Positions 61,417 through 64,000 of a stretch of DNA of 64,000 bases are shown one piece after another. The DNA is taken from contig JAXHTS010000081.1 in NCBI GenBank assembly GCA_034190085.1, forward strand, positions 2,541 to 66,540, read 5' to 3'. Source of the DNA: Spirochaetota bacterium. Its GTDB lineage: Bacteria > Spirochaetota > UBA4802 > JAFGDQ01. How positions within the stretch are numbered: the first letter of the stretch is position 1; each line of letters starts with the position of its first letter. The notes under the pieces are model-generated. The model was not told where the DNA came from and searched no databases. It saw only the letters and a list, made by a program, of their open reading frames with translations. Made by a program: the position numbers and the translations under genes.

Positions 61417-63312
61417 TTATTGAGTGCTTACGTTATAATCAATCATACTAAAAAAAAGAAGCTGGTTATTTTTACTATAAATTGGTCTATCCTTAAGAAC
61501 ATTTTTTATCTCACTTATTATCTTCATACCATTGTCAATATATCCATTTCTGTTAAGATATATTCCATTAAATCCGGTTTTAGATAAAATTTTAATCATT
61601 TCTTTTACAGGTTTTGATGCAATTGATTTTTGCCATGCATCATCTTTCCTACCCTTTATTACTCCATAACTCCATCGCAAGGTTTTTGAATGCAAGTAAC
61701 ATCTAAAATGATCATAATGTTCCATATTATGAACTGTTGAAGTTCCAGGATAAGAGTCGTAGGGCAATTGAAAAATCATGGAATTTTCAGGGATTGATTT
61801 TTCAATTCTCTGAATAAATTCCTTATCGTGTTCATAAGCTGATTTGTACTTATCTTGTTTATGAATAAAATATAAACTTGATTGATCAAATAAACCCAAA
61901 AGTAGTATTAGAATAGCAAAAATGTTTAAAAAAAATTTCGATAAATTTATCCTTTTATACCCCTTACCGATTGGGAGTTTTATATAGTACTTTTCATCAA
62001 GATATTTTTTATACAAAATTTCAATTAGAACAAGTATAGCAATAAATGAAAAAAAAGCAATGTACACACTAATTCTATTATATGCACGAATTCTATAAGC
62101 AACAAGGGGAGAAATTATTGAACAAAAACCACCAACTGTTGCTAGTAAAACCGCAGAGATATTTAAGATGCTTAAATGGTTCAATAATTTTATTCTCTCT
62201 TTTTCCATTAAAATATTCCTTTGATAAAACAATAAAAAGGCAATTAATATAATAAATCCTGCAAATCCAATTACTCCCAATGTGGCACAATCATTTTCAT
62301 TTACCATAAGCGCTTTCTCATTATATATGTTCTTAACATCTGCTAATAAGTCTACCCTATGTCCGGTTACAGGAAGAAACATCTGAAATATTTTTAATGC
62401 AAATTTTTCAGTGCCACCATAATGTCTGTTTGGCACTTCACTGTTAATCCCATTTTTTATCTGATAAATAAAAGTTGGAGAAATGTTTATTAAACCTGTG
62501 CAGGTAATTGTTACTATAAGAATAACTGCAGAGATTAAAGAAGGTGACCTCTTTCCCATAAAATAACTTGCTGTTCCTGCAATTAAAAGAAAGAAACAAG
62601 CAAAAAAAGCATAATATATTCCTGAAGTAGCAACTAATATACATATTACAATGCTAAAAATAGCTTTAGGATTTATACTTAAGTAAAATCCTTTTCCACC
62701 TTCTTTTGGTTTAACTAATGTCAATTCACCTGAAAATATCCATAGTATCACCATTATCGTTAGCGGCACCAAGTAATAGGCTGATAGAAAAATGTGGTCT
62801 ATATTTCTAAAGAGATGATAAGGAAGAAAAGTATAAAGGATTGCGCCGACAAAAGACAGCAGAAATGAAAAATTAAACTTTCTGAAAACATAAAACGATG
62901 CAGCAGCGATCAAAGGAAATGTAAATATAAAAAATAAATTTATCGCGATGAAAACATCATCAAAAAAAAATGAGATCAGTTTTATCAATAAAAAATGCAG
63001 ATTATCAGACTGTGGAAAATCATATACATCCTGACCAAATGGCATCCCTACAAAATCATTATGCAAATACCAGCCATTATCAATCATTCCTTTAATCCAT
63101 TCAGCGAATAAAAAGTAATCATTGCTGTATCGAAATGGAATATTTAAATTGATTTGCCATAATTCCATAACATATGTTAAAATTATTAAGCTTGATATAA
63201 ATATGAATAAATATATACAAATTATTTTTGTAATAGATAATCGGTTAATTGTTTTCCTCATATTTTTATATTCATAGATATAATATTTTTTTATCCGATA
63301 AATAAGTGACAC
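61417..63312 (-). CDS. large polytopic membrane protein with C-terminal soluble domain (putative GT-C-type glycosyltransferase / surface-polysaccharide-associated)
   Basis: 631 aa with >10 TM helices, then a ~130 aa hydrophilic C-terminal domain. Very low GC, Asn/Ile/Lys/Tyr-rich. Confidence 0.45.
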   Translation of the reverse strand: MSLIYRIKKYYIYEYKNMRKTINRLSITKIICIYLFIFISSLIILTYVMELWQINLNIPFRYSNDYFLFAEWIKGMIDNGWYLHNDFVGMPFGQDVYDFPQSDNLHFLLIKLISFFFDDVFIAINLFFIFTFPLIAAASFYVFRKFNFSFLLSFVGAILYTFLPYHLFRNIDHIFLSAYYLVPLTIMVILWIFSGELTLVKPKEGGKGFYLSINPKAIFSIVICILVATSGIYYAFFACFFLLIAGTASYFMGKRSPSLISAVILIVTITCTGLINISPTFIYQIKNGINSEVPNRHYGGTEKFALKIFQMFLPVTGHRVDLLADVKNIYNEKALMVNENDCATLGVIGFAGFIILIAFLLFYQRNILMEKERIKLLNHLSILNISAVLLATVGGFCSIISPLVAYRIRAYNRISVYIAFFSFIAILVLIEILYKKYLDEKYYIKLPIGKGYKRINLSKFFLNIFAILILLLGLFDQSSLYFIHKQDKYKSAYEHDKEFIQRIEKSIPENSMIFQLPYDSYPGTSTVHNMEHYDHFRCYLHSKTLRWSYGVIKGRKDDAWQKSIASKPVKEMIKILSKTGFNGIYLNRNGYIDNGMKIISEIKNVLKDRPIYSKNNQLLFFSMIDYNVSTQ

Positions 63313-63616
63313 AACCGCAAAGGGATAATTAATGAAAAAATAAAAACTTCAAATTCCGATATGCTGAATTATATTATTACAATATTCATTGTTATTTCGT
63401 GACTACTCAGGCGTCTTTTGAATGAGGACAATTCATCCCGAATCTTCTGCATCCGTAGGAGCAGTTTCCGGTGTTATAGTAGTGAGGAATAGATCCAATT
63501 TTTTTTCTATCAAATTGCTTTTTGTTTCCAGCATAGTTGAATTGACAAAAAAATTTACTTAACAATAACACTATACTGAAGAATAGATCTTAAGCAGTCA
63601 ATAAGAAAATAGGGCA

Positions 63617-64000
63617 CTATTTTTTATTAAAAGCCTTAAGCGCGTCCTCAACAAATCCAAAACCAATGTTATTTATAACTTGTTCATTAGCTTCAATTAT
63701 AATAATATTATTTTTTAACATTTCCATATACAAATTCAAATTCTTTTTGTCGATTACTTCATCTGTTTGCTGAGGTAATGTCCTGTTTAAGTTATAATAA
63801 AAATATAAATTGCATTGCGAATATACATCGCATGTATTTAGATAGTAAAAAATATTCCTCAGAAAACTACCACCAACAAATAACAGCTTAGGTTTAAACA
63901 ATTTCCCATTATTATTGCGGCATGAAATTTTTGGATATTGATATCTGTCGTATAACGATTTAGTAAATATTATGTTCGTCAGTTCTGCAATGTCATTATC
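63617..64000 (-). CDS. hypothetical protein, 3' part (the ORF continues upstream beyond the window end)
   Basis: The reading frame stays open from the window edge (DNDIAELTNIIFTKSLYDRYQYPKISC...KPKLLFVGGSFLRN...) to the stop at 63617. Confidence 0.35.
   Translation of the reverse strand, partial: DNDIAELTNIIFTKSLYDRYQYPKISCRNNNGKLFKPKLLFVGGSFLRNIFYYLNTCDVYSQCNLYFYYNLNRTLPQQTDEVIDKKNLNLYMEMLKNNIIIIEANEQVINNIGFGFVEDALKAFNKK

Overview
This 64 kb window is chromosomal DNA, moderately AT-rich, with a sharply AT-richer block at roughly 60-64 kb. About 65 genes on both strands are almost all core metabolism and envelope functions. The lineage is unknown. CheX, FapA/DUF342, HDOD and loose lipobox sequences hint at a spirochaete-like or other deep-branching anaerobe, but that is weak inference.

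Reading left to right:
- The 5' part of recG (truncated by the window edge), followed on the minus strand by a small membrane protein, a PfkB-family sugar kinase and a Sir2 deacylase.
- Two tandem family-III CoA-transferase paralogs, a zinc-ribbon SAM methyltransferase, and a MATE efflux pump.
- A divergent unit: an HTH_17 plus periplasmic-binding-like regulator facing a diheme c-type cytochrome lipoprotein and an outer-membrane beta-barrel porin.
- A FapA / HDOD / GH13 sugar phosphorylase / CheX block.
- pyk-ackA-pta.
- A NudC-like Nudix gene abutting tRNA-Leu(UAA) and tRNA-Cys(GCA), followed by a degraded GxxExxY (PD-(D/E)XK) pseudogene.
- The nadD / LytR_C-protein / rsfS operon, a TPR protein and a parvulin lipoprotein.
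- An 11-gene Mrp/Mbh-type antiporter-like module with three large NuoL/M/N-like subunits, directly upstream of a complete F1Fo ATP synthase operon (atpZ-like, then atpBEFHAGDC).
- Two translationally coupled, extremely acidic proteins, the second carrying GAF-GAF plus a degenerate GGDEF domain.
- A stand-alone cNMP-binding protein, an orphan ParA, a Cys-rich 4Fe-4S protein, an M29 aminopeptidase, an SPFH protein and a DUF1232-DnaJ fusion.
- The AT-rich envelope block (beta-barrel outer-membrane protein, large polytopic GT-C-like membrane protein).

No CRISPR array, intact mobile element, rRNA or obvious defence locus was found. The three most unusual loci are the regulator / cytochrome-c-SO-like lipoprotein / porin trio (9.3-13 kb), the Mbh-ordered Mrp module with extra large subunits placed against the ATP synthase (33.8-41.4 kb), and the acidic GAF-GGDEF-like pair (49.6-53.9 kb). 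All family assignments rest on motif reading of the supplied translations; no database searches were run.
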